The notes beneath the pieces were generated by a model. That model had not been told where the DNA came from. It ran no database searches and saw only the letters and a list, made by a program, of their open reading frames with translations. DNA of 64,000 bases from a virus, in IMG/VR virus record IMGVR_UViG_3300025151_000019, positions 31,640 to 95,639 of that record. One strand, 5' to 3'. The position numbers and the translations under genes were made by a program. Positions 30,148 to 39,309 of the stretch are shown here, one piece after another. Within the stretch, counting starts at the first letter, position 1; each line of letters opens with the position of its first letter.

Positions 30148-31059
30148 TTACTGGGTAAATTGCGCCACAAACCATGACACAATAATTTTCGGAGTCATTA
30201 CCCTTTGTCTCCATTCCATTTCTCCAATTGCACTAAGGCACTTAAATGTAGTTGCCCTGTCCAATTCCATATCTAACACACAATGATGCAGATTAACACA
30301 AATTTCCTTAACAGAATTACCACCTAATACACGCTTCATCAAAAGACCGTGTGCTTTGGTGGGGTCGTCTGTAAGGTATTTCACAATATCATAATAGTCG
30401 TTCATAAATTCCTTTGCCTTTGTTTTCAAGTCGGAATTAGTAAAGGCGACGGCTTGTAATTCATTAACCGCCCTTCTCATATCTCCGTTCATCATACCAG
30501 CAAAGGATTGTATATCTTCATCTGGGAATGAAAGGTTCTCATTCTCACAGATGTTTTTGAGCATACTTGTCATGGACTCATTATCTAATGACGAAAAGTG
30601 ATAATTTGCACAACGACTACGGATAGCATAATCCACAGATGTTTCATCGTTGCAAGTTATCATGAAACGAACTCCCGTGGCTCTTTCCATAGTTCGCTTC
30701 AAGGCTCGTTGTGAGTCTTTTAGCATACCGTCAATTTCGTCAAGTAGAATAATCTTGAAGGGCACATTATCTGACCCCTTAGTATTTGCAAAATTTGTAA
30801 TAGTGTTGCGGATAGTATCTAACTTTCTGTCTTGACTTGCATTGATTTCCATGAAGTTATTCCTCATTTCATCTCCAAGATACTGCATAGCCAATACATA
30901 GACGGCTGATGTTTTACCCGTTCCAGGTCTTCCGTATAACAAAATATTAGGAAGATTAGTTTTATCTATCCATGATAGTGAGTCTTCTACAAATTTATGT
31001 TGTCCTACAATCTCTTCAATCTTTTTTGGTCTGTATTTTTCTGTCCAATTCATTTTCAA
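30148..31059 (-). CDS. rfcS: Replication factor C small subunit (clamp loader)
   Basis: WTEKYRP, GRPGTGKT, EINAS, LDEID, SRC and GDMR motifs. Confidence 0.95.
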   Translation of the reverse strand: MKMNWTEKYRPKKIEEIVGQHKFVEDSLSWIDKTNLPNILLYGRPGTGKTSAVYVLAMQYLGDEMRNNFMEINASQDRKLDTIRNTITNFANTKGSDNVPFKIILLDEIDGMLKDSQRALKRTMERATGVRFMITCNDETSVDYAIRSRCANYHFSSLDNESMTSMLKNICENENLSFPDEDIQSFAGMMNGDMRRAVNELQAVAFTNSDLKTKAKEFMNDYYDIVKYLTDDPTKAHGLLMKRVLGGNSVKEICVNLHHCVLDMELDRATTFKCLSAIGEMEWRQRVMTPKIIVSWFVAQFTQ

Positions 31060-31441
31060 TCTCTCCTATTCCTTTACAATAACCACAGGGCATTTCAAGT
31101 GCCTGCCCTGTTCCAGCACATTGTTTGCATATCCTCGGTTTATTTTCGGGATTGCATTCGCTACAATTCTTATGATTTTTAAATCCTGAACCGTCGCATG
31201 TATTACATAATTTCGTTTTAACATACATATTAGAATGTCTGCTATTAGATTTCTTTGTAATTTTATAATTTTTGTTGGTTCCTACATATGAAGTTACTTT
31301 TCTTTCAGTCGGAACATATGTAAATGTTCCACCTTTCTCCTCAATGTAAGACATAATAGCACTAATGATGCCGTTTGATGTTCTTTCAACACCATCGTTC
31401 ATAGCCCTATCAATATATCTTTCAGCATAACTTTTGTTCAT
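31016..31441 (-). CDS. Protein with DnaJ-type CxxCxGxG zinc-finger repeats
   Basis: CNTCDGSG, CSEC, CKQCAGTG, CGYCKGIG. Confidence 0.6.
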   Translation of the reverse strand: MNKSYAERYIDRAMNDGVERTSNGIISAIMSYIEEKGGTFTYVPTERKVTSYVGTNKNYKITKKSNSRHSNMYVKTKLCNTCDGSGFKNHKNCSECNPENKPRICKQCAGTGQALEMPCGYCKGIGEIENELDRKIQTKKD

Positions 31442-31453
31442 CTTTCTGCCTAT

Positions 31454-31591
31454 TTAATCACCCACCGTTTTTACTTCAGATGAATCTACATCCTTATCAT
31501 ACAATTCAGATAGGTCTTTAATTTTAAATCTGCCCGCCTTAACAACATCAGCAAGCCATACAGTAAATGATACTCCTTGAGATTTCTTCAT
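31454..31591 (-). CDS. 45-aa hypothetical protein
   Basis: MKKSQGVSFTVWLADVVKAG..; fills the gap with a TAATG overlap. Confidence 0.45.
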   Translation of the reverse strand: MKKSQGVSFTVWLADVVKAGRFKIKDLSELYDKDVDSSEVKTVGD

Positions 31592-32421
31592 TAAAAATCA
31601 CCTAACTTAGTATTCGTGTATCTAATTGATTGCCTTCTCGGTTTTTTCAACCCAAGAATCTTACATTCTTCAGCATCAAGTTTTGAAATTGCCCATTCTT
31701 TCCATTCGGGATTTTTTAGATACGCCCTAACGAGATAAGCATCCTTTTCTTTTAAACCTAATTTATGACAAATTTTTGGGACTGGAGAATAAGAGTTTCT
31801 CTGTGGAAAATTTACTCTTCCATGATGATTACCACTCCAAGAAAAAACAAAGATTTCCATAAAGTAATCTTTATTCCACCTTCTCATAATCTGGTCAGAA
31901 AAGGCAATCTTTCTAACATCAATATTTGGGGCAACCCAACTCAATATTTGCATATCTGGCGGGCTATTAAATTTCATGTATCTCAATACTTCATGTCTGT
32001 CCTTGTTCTTCAAATACTCAATGTTTAAATCATAGACACTTTTATCAAACTTTAATGGTTTAGAACAATTTGGCGCATCTCTTTTGATTAATTCTTGGCG
32101 ATTATCAGTCTGTCCCATACGCTTTCTTACACACATATTCATAATTGACTTAGGCACATCCTTCTCATTGATAGATGTAAGCACCACATTTTTATGAATT
32201 GTTAAGATGTTAATAATTTTCTTAGTTTCAGGCTTGTAGTTCACTTCCTCAATAAGAATTCCATGATTTTTTGGGTATGAATATATGTCATCAATTGTAA
32301 TATTACAAGCATCCATCACAATAAAAGGGCGGGAACCCAAGATTTGTTTTGCTCTCTTGGTTTTACCTGCACCATGCCCGCCTACAAGCAATTTAAATTT
32401 TGTTGAAGTAGTTTTCATCAT
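31591..32421 (-). CDS. Degenerate RFC large subunit-like AAA+ protein
   Basis: GGHGAGKT Walker A, ILIEEV Walker B variant; close to rfcS. Confidence 0.55.
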   Translation of the reverse strand: MMKTTSTKFKLLVGGHGAGKTKRAKQILGSRPFIVMDACNITIDDIYSYPKNHGILIEEVNYKPETKKIINILTIHKNVVLTSINEKDVPKSIMNMCVRKRMGQTDNRQELIKRDAPNCSKPLKFDKSVYDLNIEYLKNKDRHEVLRYMKFNSPPDMQILSWVAPNIDVRKIAFSDQIMRRWNKDYFMEIFVFSWSGNHHGRVNFPQRNSYSPVPKICHKLGLKEKDAYLVRAYLKNPEWKEWAISKLDAEECKILGLKKPRRQSIRYTNTKLGDF

Positions 32422-32812
32422 TCATCATCTCCCTAATTCTATTCATTCCTTCTTCTTCTAAATGATTTTTTTCTGATATTTCTTCTGATACTGCATCAAA
32501 TAAACGCCAATCAGCATGAGAACATGGAAGATTTTTATTCATCAATTCTCTAACTGCGTTAAGTGCGGCTCTTTTACCTACAATTAATACTGGTGCCTTT
32601 CTATTCGGACCTTCAACAGTTCGCAAATTACAATCAATATCCAATGTCTTAAATTTTCTTTCTAATGCTAATAGAAAGTCATGTGATGCTCTAAACATAA
32701 TTCTAACTCTAATGTTCCATCCTGTTTTACTTGTATTAGATTGATAACTTGTAATTTCAGGTCGGGCAATTGTTAGTAAAATCCCACTCAATTCCCCATT
32801 GTTAAACATCAC
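32393..32812 (-). CDS. LAGLIDADG-fold protein, probably catalytically inactive
   Basis: Single-motif LAGLIDADG architecture (KTGWNIRVRI...WRLF..KNHLEEEGMNRI), but the motif helix ELSGILLTIARP lacks the acidic catalytic residue. Confidence 0.55.
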   Translation of the reverse strand: MMFNNGELSGILLTIARPEITSYQSNTSKTGWNIRVRIMFRASHDFLLALERKFKTLDIDCNLRTVEGPNRKAPVLIVGKRAALNAVRELMNKNLPCSHADWRLFDAVSEEISEKNHLEEEGMNRIREMMNDENYFNKI

Positions 32813-33075
32813 GATTCCTCATGTTCATCAAGGGTTGTCTGGTCTGGGTGTAGTAAAGACATGGGTAAAGGCTTGTTCAATTCCTCAATACAAGCACTAA
32901 ACAAATGCTTAGGCAACACACCTTCAATTCTATACAGCATCAATTTACCTGCACATCGCAAATGGTAATAAGATTCGCCGCCTTCAATTTCCTGCACTAA
33001 TCCTTCCTCTATACCGTTAAACGGTTCGTGGCAGTAATGGCAAAATTTTCCTTCTTCAATAGTTTTAATGTTCAT
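32809..33075 (-). CDS. Small Zn-finger protein
   Basis: CHYC...YHLRC. Confidence 0.5.
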   Translation of the reverse strand: MNIKTIEEGKFCHYCHEPFNGIEEGLVQEIEGGESYYHLRCAGKLMLYRIEGVLPKHLFSACIEELNKPLPMSLLHPDQTTLDEHEES

Positions 33076-34592
33076 TCCAATAACTCCTCTAATTGTGTTG
33101 GTTCTTCTTTATCATCTCGGTATTTTACATAGCGGGGGAATCGCAAACCATACTCTCCGTTTTCATTTTGAGTGAGAATGTCGCCCTTCACTTCAATAAG
33201 CATATTCCCTGCACCTAACCTATTATATTCTTGGCTTAAGAAGTTTAGGTCTGATTCTGTAAATCCTGAACCCACCCATCCAATAGGGACTAAATCATTT
33301 CCATTCTTAATAGCAATCTTGAAAGAAGCATAAACACCGACACGCTTTCCACGACCTTCAGCCGCATCAGTAATAACACAATCAACATCAACCAAAGGTG
33401 GCTTGTATTTTGCCCAATCTTTAGACCTTGCACCAAATTGATAAACGGCAGTTGGTGATTTAACAATAACTCCCTCATAACCTGCTTCAATTGCTTCTTT
33501 ATAAACATCCATAAATTCATCATGGGTTTCAATTTCTACGGTATGAGCCAGAATATCTTCCCCAAAGTGCATATTCAAAGTTTGTAGTCGTGTGTCCAAT
33601 GGGTCTTCAAACACAGGTTGTCCACCATACATTAAACAATCAAACAAAACAAGTTTAACTTCATGGCGATAAATAACCTCTTCAGTTTTTCCATGAATAC
33701 GACTCATAATGTTCTTGAAATCGGCAGGGTTTCCATTGGTATCAATAGGGAAAATCTCACCATCAACAATCCAATCAACGGGGTCGGTATTATCCTTAAT
33801 AATTGGAATGAGGTCATTCTCAAACTTAGAAGTAATATCATCACCCTTTCGGTTAAAGATAAAAATACCCTCCTCATTCTGATGAATTTGTGCACGAATA
33901 CCATCATACTTGTAATCACAAAATTTCTTGCCACGCACCGTGAAGTTAATATTTTTAGCAAGCATTGGATTCATGTAATTTCCTGCTTCGGGGATGCAAA
34001 CAATAGCACCGTTTGAAACAGATTGTTCAATACATTCTCCCATGCTCAAAAAGGATGTAGCCTTCTTAATATCACCATTAGGAACACCGTAGGTTTTATT
34101 CATAATTTTCTTAACAACATTCTTACCGCATTTGTTTCGGGTTTCGTTAAGAGCGAAAGCGAGCATCCATCGCTTCCCAACATGATTAAAGGAATCCCAT
34201 GCCGCCATAAGCAAACCATAAGTTTCTTCACGGTCATAAACAGGACTACTCAAGGCATTGTAAATACTACTAACGGTAATTAGAGTATTGTTATGTGTGT
34301 GTCCTTCTGTCAATTCCTCAACCGCTTCACCAAGTCCACCGAAGGTATCAATAAAACCTTCAACAACATCAGTCTCCACATTTAGTTTTTCTGCGATACG
34401 GCTGATTAGTCCCGCTTCACCTACACCTTTGTTTGGGTAATTTCTTGCCCAAAGGTTTAGCATAGCCATTGACTGTTGTTCATCGGCGTTAATGTTATCA
34501 TCATAATACTTCACCATCTGTGTAGGTGTCATATTCATAAATCGCTCGTTAATTTCTGCAAATTCATTCCAATTCATCATTCCACTCTCCAA
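33072..34592 (-). CDS. lig: ATP-dependent DNA ligase
   Basis: KYDGIRAQIH, DGEI, FDCL, EGVIVK, WAKYK, LRFPR..RDDK. Confidence 0.95.
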   Translation of the reverse strand: MESGMMNWNEFAEINERFMNMTPTQMVKYYDDNINADEQQSMAMLNLWARNYPNKGVGEAGLISRIAEKLNVETDVVEGFIDTFGGLGEAVEELTEGHTHNNTLITVSSIYNALSSPVYDREETYGLLMAAWDSFNHVGKRWMLAFALNETRNKCGKNVVKKIMNKTYGVPNGDIKKATSFLSMGECIEQSVSNGAIVCIPEAGNYMNPMLAKNINFTVRGKKFCDYKYDGIRAQIHQNEEGIFIFNRKGDDITSKFENDLIPIIKDNTDPVDWIVDGEIFPIDTNGNPADFKNIMSRIHGKTEEVIYRHEVKLVLFDCLMYGGQPVFEDPLDTRLQTLNMHFGEDILAHTVEIETHDEFMDVYKEAIEAGYEGVIVKSPTAVYQFGARSKDWAKYKPPLVDVDCVITDAAEGRGKRVGVYASFKIAIKNGNDLVPIGWVGSGFTESDLNFLSQEYNRLGAGNMLIEVKGDILTQNENGEYGLRFPRYVKYRDDKEEPTQLEELLE

Positions 34593-34866
34593 ATTCTTCT
34601 TCCTTTTCTTCTTCTTCTTCTTTTACTTGTTCTTCCACGGGGGAACGGTCAAGTGAATCCTTCATTTTCAAATATGCAAGTTTGACATTATGAATAGTCA
34701 ATCGCTTATTTGATTCTTCGCCGCCTGCTTCCAATTCACAATGTTCTGCAAGAGACTTCAATAGTGATTCTGCTCTAAAAGCAAATTCTTCTATTGTTGC
34801 ATCAGGCAATTGTCGGCTCGGTGCTACGGTTTTAAATATTCTTTTTACTTCTCTTTTACTAACCAT
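34564..34866 (-). CDS. Histone-fold protein with an acidic C-terminal tail
   Basis: VKRIFK..SRQLPDATIEEF..ESLLKSLAEHC..NKRLTIHNVKLA aligns with HMf helices 1-3; tail EEQVKEEEEEKEEEFGEWNDELE. Confidence 0.65.
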   Translation of the reverse strand: MVSKREVKRIFKTVAPSRQLPDATIEEFAFRAESLLKSLAEHCELEAGGEESNKRLTIHNVKLAYLKMKDSLDRSPVEEQVKEEEEEKEEEFGEWNDELE

Positions 34867-35183
34867 TTTTCCATACTCTCCTTTTGGTAAAAGTATTTTG
34901 GACTTTCTATCTTCTTCAGGTTCAGGCAAATCCAAACCGAACCACTTAACGAATCTATTCGTATAACCTCATAATCTTGCGTTACGATTTCTGTGTCAAT
35001 CTCTGGTGTTTTTCCATATAGTCTGGATAACTCACTTGAAACTACCTTTATATTATCAGCAACATATTTTATGATAAGAGGTCGTTGTATTTCCACATAA
35101 GGTGCATACTCTAATTCATACTCTCCTGTCTTATTACAAACATTGCAACCCGCCCCACCACAAATAGGACATACAATACTCAT
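34845..35183 (-). CDS. Protein with an N-terminal Zn ribbon (CPICGGAGCNVC)
   Basis: Cys motif; likely start MSIVC. Confidence 0.55.
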   Translation of the reverse strand: MSIVCPICGGAGCNVCNKTGEYELEYAPYVEIQRPLIIKYVADNIKVVSSELSRLYGKTPEIDTEIVTQDYEVIRIDSLSGSVWICLNLKKIESPKYFYQKESMEKWLVKEK

Positions 35184-35203
35184 GTTTGTTAATACAGGAA
35201 ACC

Positions 35204-35653
35204 TTACTCTTCGGAGTCGTCTATCACGAAGACTCTTGTGTGTCTCAGGGTTTGACTGTTTTTGTCTTTCTCCCATGTGCAATACTCTCCATTACCTAAT
35301 ACAATTGCTGAATCTAAAATAGGTCGTTGAATCCTCAGGGTGTTCCAATCAGTTGAACTAAAGTAAGCCTTACCAAATGGATGCGTATGAATCCAACATT
35401 TCATAGGAATAGTCATACCCTTAACACTCTCATCCTCATAATCAACAAATGAGGCTGTTCCCTTACTGATAAACAACTTTTCGTCACGGTCAATAACTAC
35501 CGAAACTTCAAGTCCGGGTAAGATATTGGTGCTAAGATTCCAGACGGCTTCCCAGAATTTAGTAGTATTACCATTATTCTTATAATTCGTCCTCAGCAAT
35601 CTCTTCATTTTATTCCATTCCGCCAAAGGCATTTCATAGTTTTCTTCTTTCAT
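35204..35653 (-). CDS. JAB/MPN+ (JAMM) metalloprotease
   Basis: LEV (catalytic Glu)...WIHTHPFGKAYFSSTD = HxHx7Sx2D; likely start MKEENY. Confidence 0.85.
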   Translation of the reverse strand: MKEENYEMPLAEWNKMKRLLRTNYKNNGNTTKFWEAVWNLSTNILPGLEVSVVIDRDEKLFISKGTASFVDYEDESVKGMTIPMKCWIHTHPFGKAYFSSTDWNTLRIQRPILDSAIVLGNGEYCTWEKDKNSQTLRHTRVFVIDDSEE

Positions 35654-35657
35654 TTTT

Positions 35658-36188
35658 TCACATCCATGTAGGTTTTGCTCGCTTAGTGTATTTACTTCGC
35701 CAACTGTTCCATTGTTTATCACCACGATAATAATTTCGGTATGCTTGAATAGAGCATTCCGTTTTGTATTCATCGGGCATACATTGGGGTGGCTGAGTAA
35801 ATCCATTGTCCTCAATTAGAGTAGGAGGATTACGCAAGACTTCTCGCAAGCATCTGTCGGTCTTGTGTTCTTTTCCATAACGATAAGTGTATTCAATGCA
35901 CAATGATTCAAACAACTTAAATGTCCATTGATAGTGCTGGAGACTTGAACGAACCCAAATTGTTGAAGGGTGGCTGATATGTGCAGTTTTGTAAAGCACA
36001 TTGAGTTTGTCTTCGGGCAACTTTTGAAACACATATTCATTATCGTCGTTGCAGTAATAGTATTGGTCTACAACACGATGGGCTGTTGATAACATCTGCG
36101 CTGTTTCTAAAATCATTTTGATACAATGAGCATCATTGTGCATAATAGCAGCATTAGCAGGATTTTCGTGTAGGTAAAAGATATTCAT
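35658..36188 (-). CDS. Pyrimidine-dimer DNA glycosylase / endonuclease V-like protein
   Basis: MNIFYL..HCIKMILETAQMLSTAH..HPSTIW..EYTYRYGKEH..QCMPDEYK..AYRNYY. Confidence 0.8.
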   Translation of the reverse strand: MNIFYLHENPANAAIMHNDAHCIKMILETAQMLSTAHRVVDQYYYCNDDNEYVFQKLPEDKLNVLYKTAHISHPSTIWVRSSLQHYQWTFKLFESLCIEYTYRYGKEHKTDRCLREVLRNPPTLIEDNGFTQPPQCMPDEYKTECSIQAYRNYYRGDKQWNSWRSKYTKRAKPTWM

Positions 36189-36249
36189 TGCAACCAAGCC
36201 TCACATGTCCAATAATTAATTTCAAATTTAAGATTATAGTAATAGTAAT

Positions 36250-36628
36250 TCATACTTTATCTCTCCACATATTATTTATTTCTTCTGCACATTTAAAACA
36301 CCAGAAAACCTGATTGTTCAAATAATGAACAGATTTACCGATACATACTTTACATTCAGTGCAATTCATTTCCTTCATTGTATCTTTATATTTCATTCTT
36401 CTTCCCCCAATAGATTGTTTGGCTCAGAATAATCCGACAAAACTCTATGAATAATCTCAGACATAACTCCAATAAATACAATCAGAACCGCCAGCGTAAT
36501 AATAGGATTCATTCTTTCACCTCTTCCCAAGTAGATGCTACATTACAACAGGTAATAGCATTAACAATAACTGGAGTTTTTCGTTCATAGTGGCGACCAC
36601 ATCTCGGACAATCATATACTACTGTCAT
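36250..36628 (-). CDS. Chain of three ATGA-coupled mini-ORFs: 36509-36628 Zn ribbon, 36393-36512 membrane peptide, 36250-36396 Cys-rich
   Basis: MTVVYDCPRCGR.., MNPIITLAVLIVFIG.., MKYKDTMKEMNCTEC..; stop and start codons overlap. Confidence 0.5.
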
Positions 36629-36633
36629 GTTAA

Positions 36634-36852
36634 TCACTCCAATGGTTCAAATCCAAGTGCAATTTGTCGCTCAGCAGAACAGTCAAATGGGTTAGAATGA
36701 ATCTGCCCACTTACACGATACCCTACCAATTTAATATTGCTTTGTTCAGTCGTAATAATTTGTCCACATACACGACAAGTAGCATTACCTGTTCCCATAC
36801 CGACAATCCAGCCTTTTGTTTGTTCTTTCTTTTCTTCACTCGCCATCATCAT
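36634..36852 (-). CDS. PARP-type zinc-finger-like protein (paralogue of 24711-24929)
   Basis: GTGNATCRVCGQII...GYRVSGQIH...C. Confidence 0.5.
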   Translation of the reverse strand: MMMASEEKKEQTKGWIVGMGTGNATCRVCGQIITTEQSNIKLVGYRVSGQIHSNPFDCSAERQIALGFEPLE

Positions 36853-36921
36853 CACATCCTTCATCCATTGTTCCAATACCAATTGCAGCACCAATCAACC
36901 AACTTAATAGACCCATTTAAA

Positions 36922-37488
36922 TCACCCGTTAATCCTGAAGTGCTTTTCAACATAATTCCCAATGAAATAATTTTGCATCCATTGAGCACCATAACCTGCA
37001 ATAACAACCTGCATAAACTTTACACCTTCTGGCTTTCCATCCCAATCATTTCCTTGACAAGAAAAAGAACCATCAGGACCACTTGTAAATGCATTGTAAA
37101 ACTTAGGGTCTTCTTGATATGAAATCATAGCGGCATTCCTACCCTGCGCTCGCAAATCTAACCACTTAACATCAGAGTTATACATAACCCTACGAATATC
37201 AAGATTATCTGCACAACAAACAACCAAATCAAATCCTTTAATCTGTCCAGCAGTTAAAACGGGGAAAGGTTTAGCGTCAATTTTGTATCGCTTAGCCATA
37301 GCATCTACCTTTTTTGTCTCAACTTCATCTTTGGCAAAATTTTGGTATGTTATATTCTTTTCCTCCACAATATCTGGGTCATAAACAGTCATATTATACA
37401 ACCCTGTCTTGTCCAAAAGAGGAATTAGAAAACTTCCAATTCCACCTGCTCCAATTATTAGCACATTTCTTTTCTTTCCTTTCTTCAT
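36922..37488 (-). CDS. E1-like (ThiF/MoeB) ubiquitin-like activating enzyme
   Basis: GAGGIGS, DPDIVEEKNITYQ, KV, CADNLDIR, WLDLR and a possible catalytic Cys in FSCQ. Confidence 0.9.
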   Translation of the reverse strand: MKKGKKRNVLIIGAGGIGSFLIPLLDKTGLYNMTVYDPDIVEEKNITYQNFAKDEVETKKVDAMAKRYKIDAKPFPVLTAGQIKGFDLVVCCADNLDIRRVMYNSDVKWLDLRAQGRNAAMISYQEDPKFYNAFTSGPDGSFSCQGNDWDGKPEGVKFMQVVIAGYGAQWMQNYFIGNYVEKHFRING

Positions 37489-38108
37489 TTTTTCACCTTC
37501 TTTATGTTTCTTTTTAGTCTCGGCAAACTAATACCGAATTTTTCACACACTTCTTTTTGGGTATATGGTGCGTGGACATATACAAAAGCAGCAATAATAC
37601 CTCTCGTTAAAGTTTCTTGCTCTTCCCAATCTTTACAAGCCTTAGCAACTTCTTTATTACTAATCTCATAGTTAGATAAAAACTCGTCAATATCATTTAG
37701 ACTAAACACTCCTGCGTTACTAAAGTATCTTGCAATCTTTTTACTTAGTCTGGTTGTTTTTGCTGTATTACATCCTAAGAACTTACAGAACTGTCTAAGC
37801 ACAACTGGTTTATTTAAATCACTCATAGTATAATACAAAATAGCACAGGCTCTCTCAGCCAAATCATAGCCTTGATAAAGCGTTGTTTTGCTAATATGTT
37901 CATGATTTTTATTGACCTCATCAGTATCATCAATATTAAACTGGTTGCATAGTAGGAGTAACTCAGAAGTCTTTACCTCTTTTACTTCAGTTAGTCTTCC
38001 AATTTCTACTATCCTATACGCTTGTATGCAACCACATTCTTGACAAACGGGCAACCCAATATCACGATTTAATTTTAGGTGCTTTGCTTGACAATTTACA
38101 CATGGCAT
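37485..38108 (-). CDS. tfb: Transcription factor B (TFB/TFIIB)-like protein
   Basis: N-terminal Zn ribbon CVNC..VCQECG, cyclin-like helices (ACAILY; AAFVY), C-terminal HTH TQKEVCEKFGISLPRLKRNIK. Confidence 0.75.
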   Translation of the reverse strand: MPCVNCQAKHLKLNRDIGLPVCQECGCIQAYRIVEIGRLTEVKEVKTSELLLLCNQFNIDDTDEVNKNHEHISKTTLYQGYDLAERACAILYYTMSDLNKPVVLRQFCKFLGCNTAKTTRLSKKIARYFSNAGVFSLNDIDEFLSNYEISNKEVAKACKDWEEQETLTRGIIAAFVYVHAPYTQKEVCEKFGISLPRLKRNIKKVKK

Positions 38109-39309
38109 CCCAATCCAACCTAATATCCTGTTGATTTTCTTTGTGATGTTGAATGTAGCGTGATACAGTAGAAACTAATTTCTTCAACATAGCATCATTT
38201 TTACATGCAAACGCTCTCGCCGCAAATTGGTCGCCCTTTGTAGCACCATTACTTAGATTGTCAATACAAATTGGGCCATTCCATCTGGCTACTCTATCAG
38301 TCTTATTGATAACAGGATGGCTAAATGGTTGAGTTTGCGCTTCTCCAGCAGTTCCTGTTGTTAGAACATAAGTAGATACATCTTGAATACCTCGTTTTGA
38401 TTTATTATCAACAATCATCCAATCAGCAAACTTACCACGAACAAACATAGCAAGAACACCATTATGTTGTCCCTTAGTAATTTCAGGGTAATCACGACAC
38501 ATATTTTCAAACAATTCCATCGCTCGCTTTTCTGCACCCTCAGGTTTTCGGTTCTGTTTCAAAAATTCCTTCATAATCTTAACCTGCGCTTTTGTAGGCA
38601 TTTCTCCAACCGTTTGATAAAACAATTTAGCGGGAGGTAGATTAGACCACTTCTTAGAACGCTTTCGGCCAATAAGATAAGAATCTACAAGAGAGTTTAG
38701 TTCTTTGACACCAATTTCACCCCAGAGACCAGAACTCACTTCAATTGCAAATTTGTCTTCATCAATTTGCATTAGATTAAGACGGGTCATTCTCTTTTCA
38801 ATTTCATTATCTGTTCGCTCATAGAAATGATAAGGCACACGGTTTTCCATAGCATATGCAACATTTTCTGGAATGTTAATGCATCGGTTTAGATAATCGT
38901 CAAGAGCCATTTGAGCATCAATCCCTTTACCATCTAAGTAGGCGGCTCGCATAATAGTTCGTGCTAATGCTTTAAGAATAATTTCAACATTGCACTTTTC
39001 ACCATTAATAGCATATCTCGCACCATCCTTATGAATTGAAATTAAATAACGACAACGACCAATACGGAAAAGAACGGGGCGTGGACTTCTCCTCACCATA
39101 CCAAGAATGTCATTATTTTTTAACCCTTGATAGATAGACTGAATTGTTGGTTCAGTAGCATCAGAACGATTACCTCGTCGTGCATAAATATCTACATTTC
39201 TTGAACGACGAATACTTCTTGATGATAGAGGAGTTTCTAAAATACTCGTTCTATCATCTGATGCGTGTCTAATTCTAAAGTTTAGTGTATTTTCAGTCAT
39301 TTTTATCAC
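38062..39309 (-). CDS. Multidomain protein with a candidate C-terminal E2 (UBC-like) domain
   Basis: FSHPVIN...NGPICIDNL resembles the E2 signature HPN(I/V)...GxICLdiL; near E1 and JAB genes. Confidence 0.5.
   Translation of the reverse strand: MIKMTENTLNFRIRHASDDRTSILETPLSSRSIRRSRNVDIYARRGNRSDATEPTIQSIYQGLKNNDILGMVRRSPRPVLFRIGRCRYLISIHKDGARYAINGEKCNVEIILKALARTIMRAAYLDGKGIDAQMALDDYLNRCINIPENVAYAMENRVPYHFYERTDNEIEKRMTRLNLMQIDEDKFAIEVSSGLWGEIGVKELNSLVDSYLIGRKRSKKWSNLPPAKLFYQTVGEMPTKAQVKIMKEFLKQNRKPEGAEKRAMELFENMCRDYPEITKGQHNGVLAMFVRGKFADWMIVDNKSKRGIQDVSTYVLTTGTAGEAQTQPFSHPVINKTDRVARWNGPICIDNLSNGATKGDQFAARAFACKNDAMLKKLVSTVSRYIQHHKENQQDIRLDWDAMCKLSSKAPKIKS

Noticed and set aside
36922-37488. ThiF plus ThiS-like genes as thiamine or molybdopterin biosynthesis
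   Set aside because: No thiG, moaE or sulfurtransferase in the window; the JAB gene, candidate E2 and masked GG favour conjugation, though a sulfur-relay role using host enzymes is not fully excluded.
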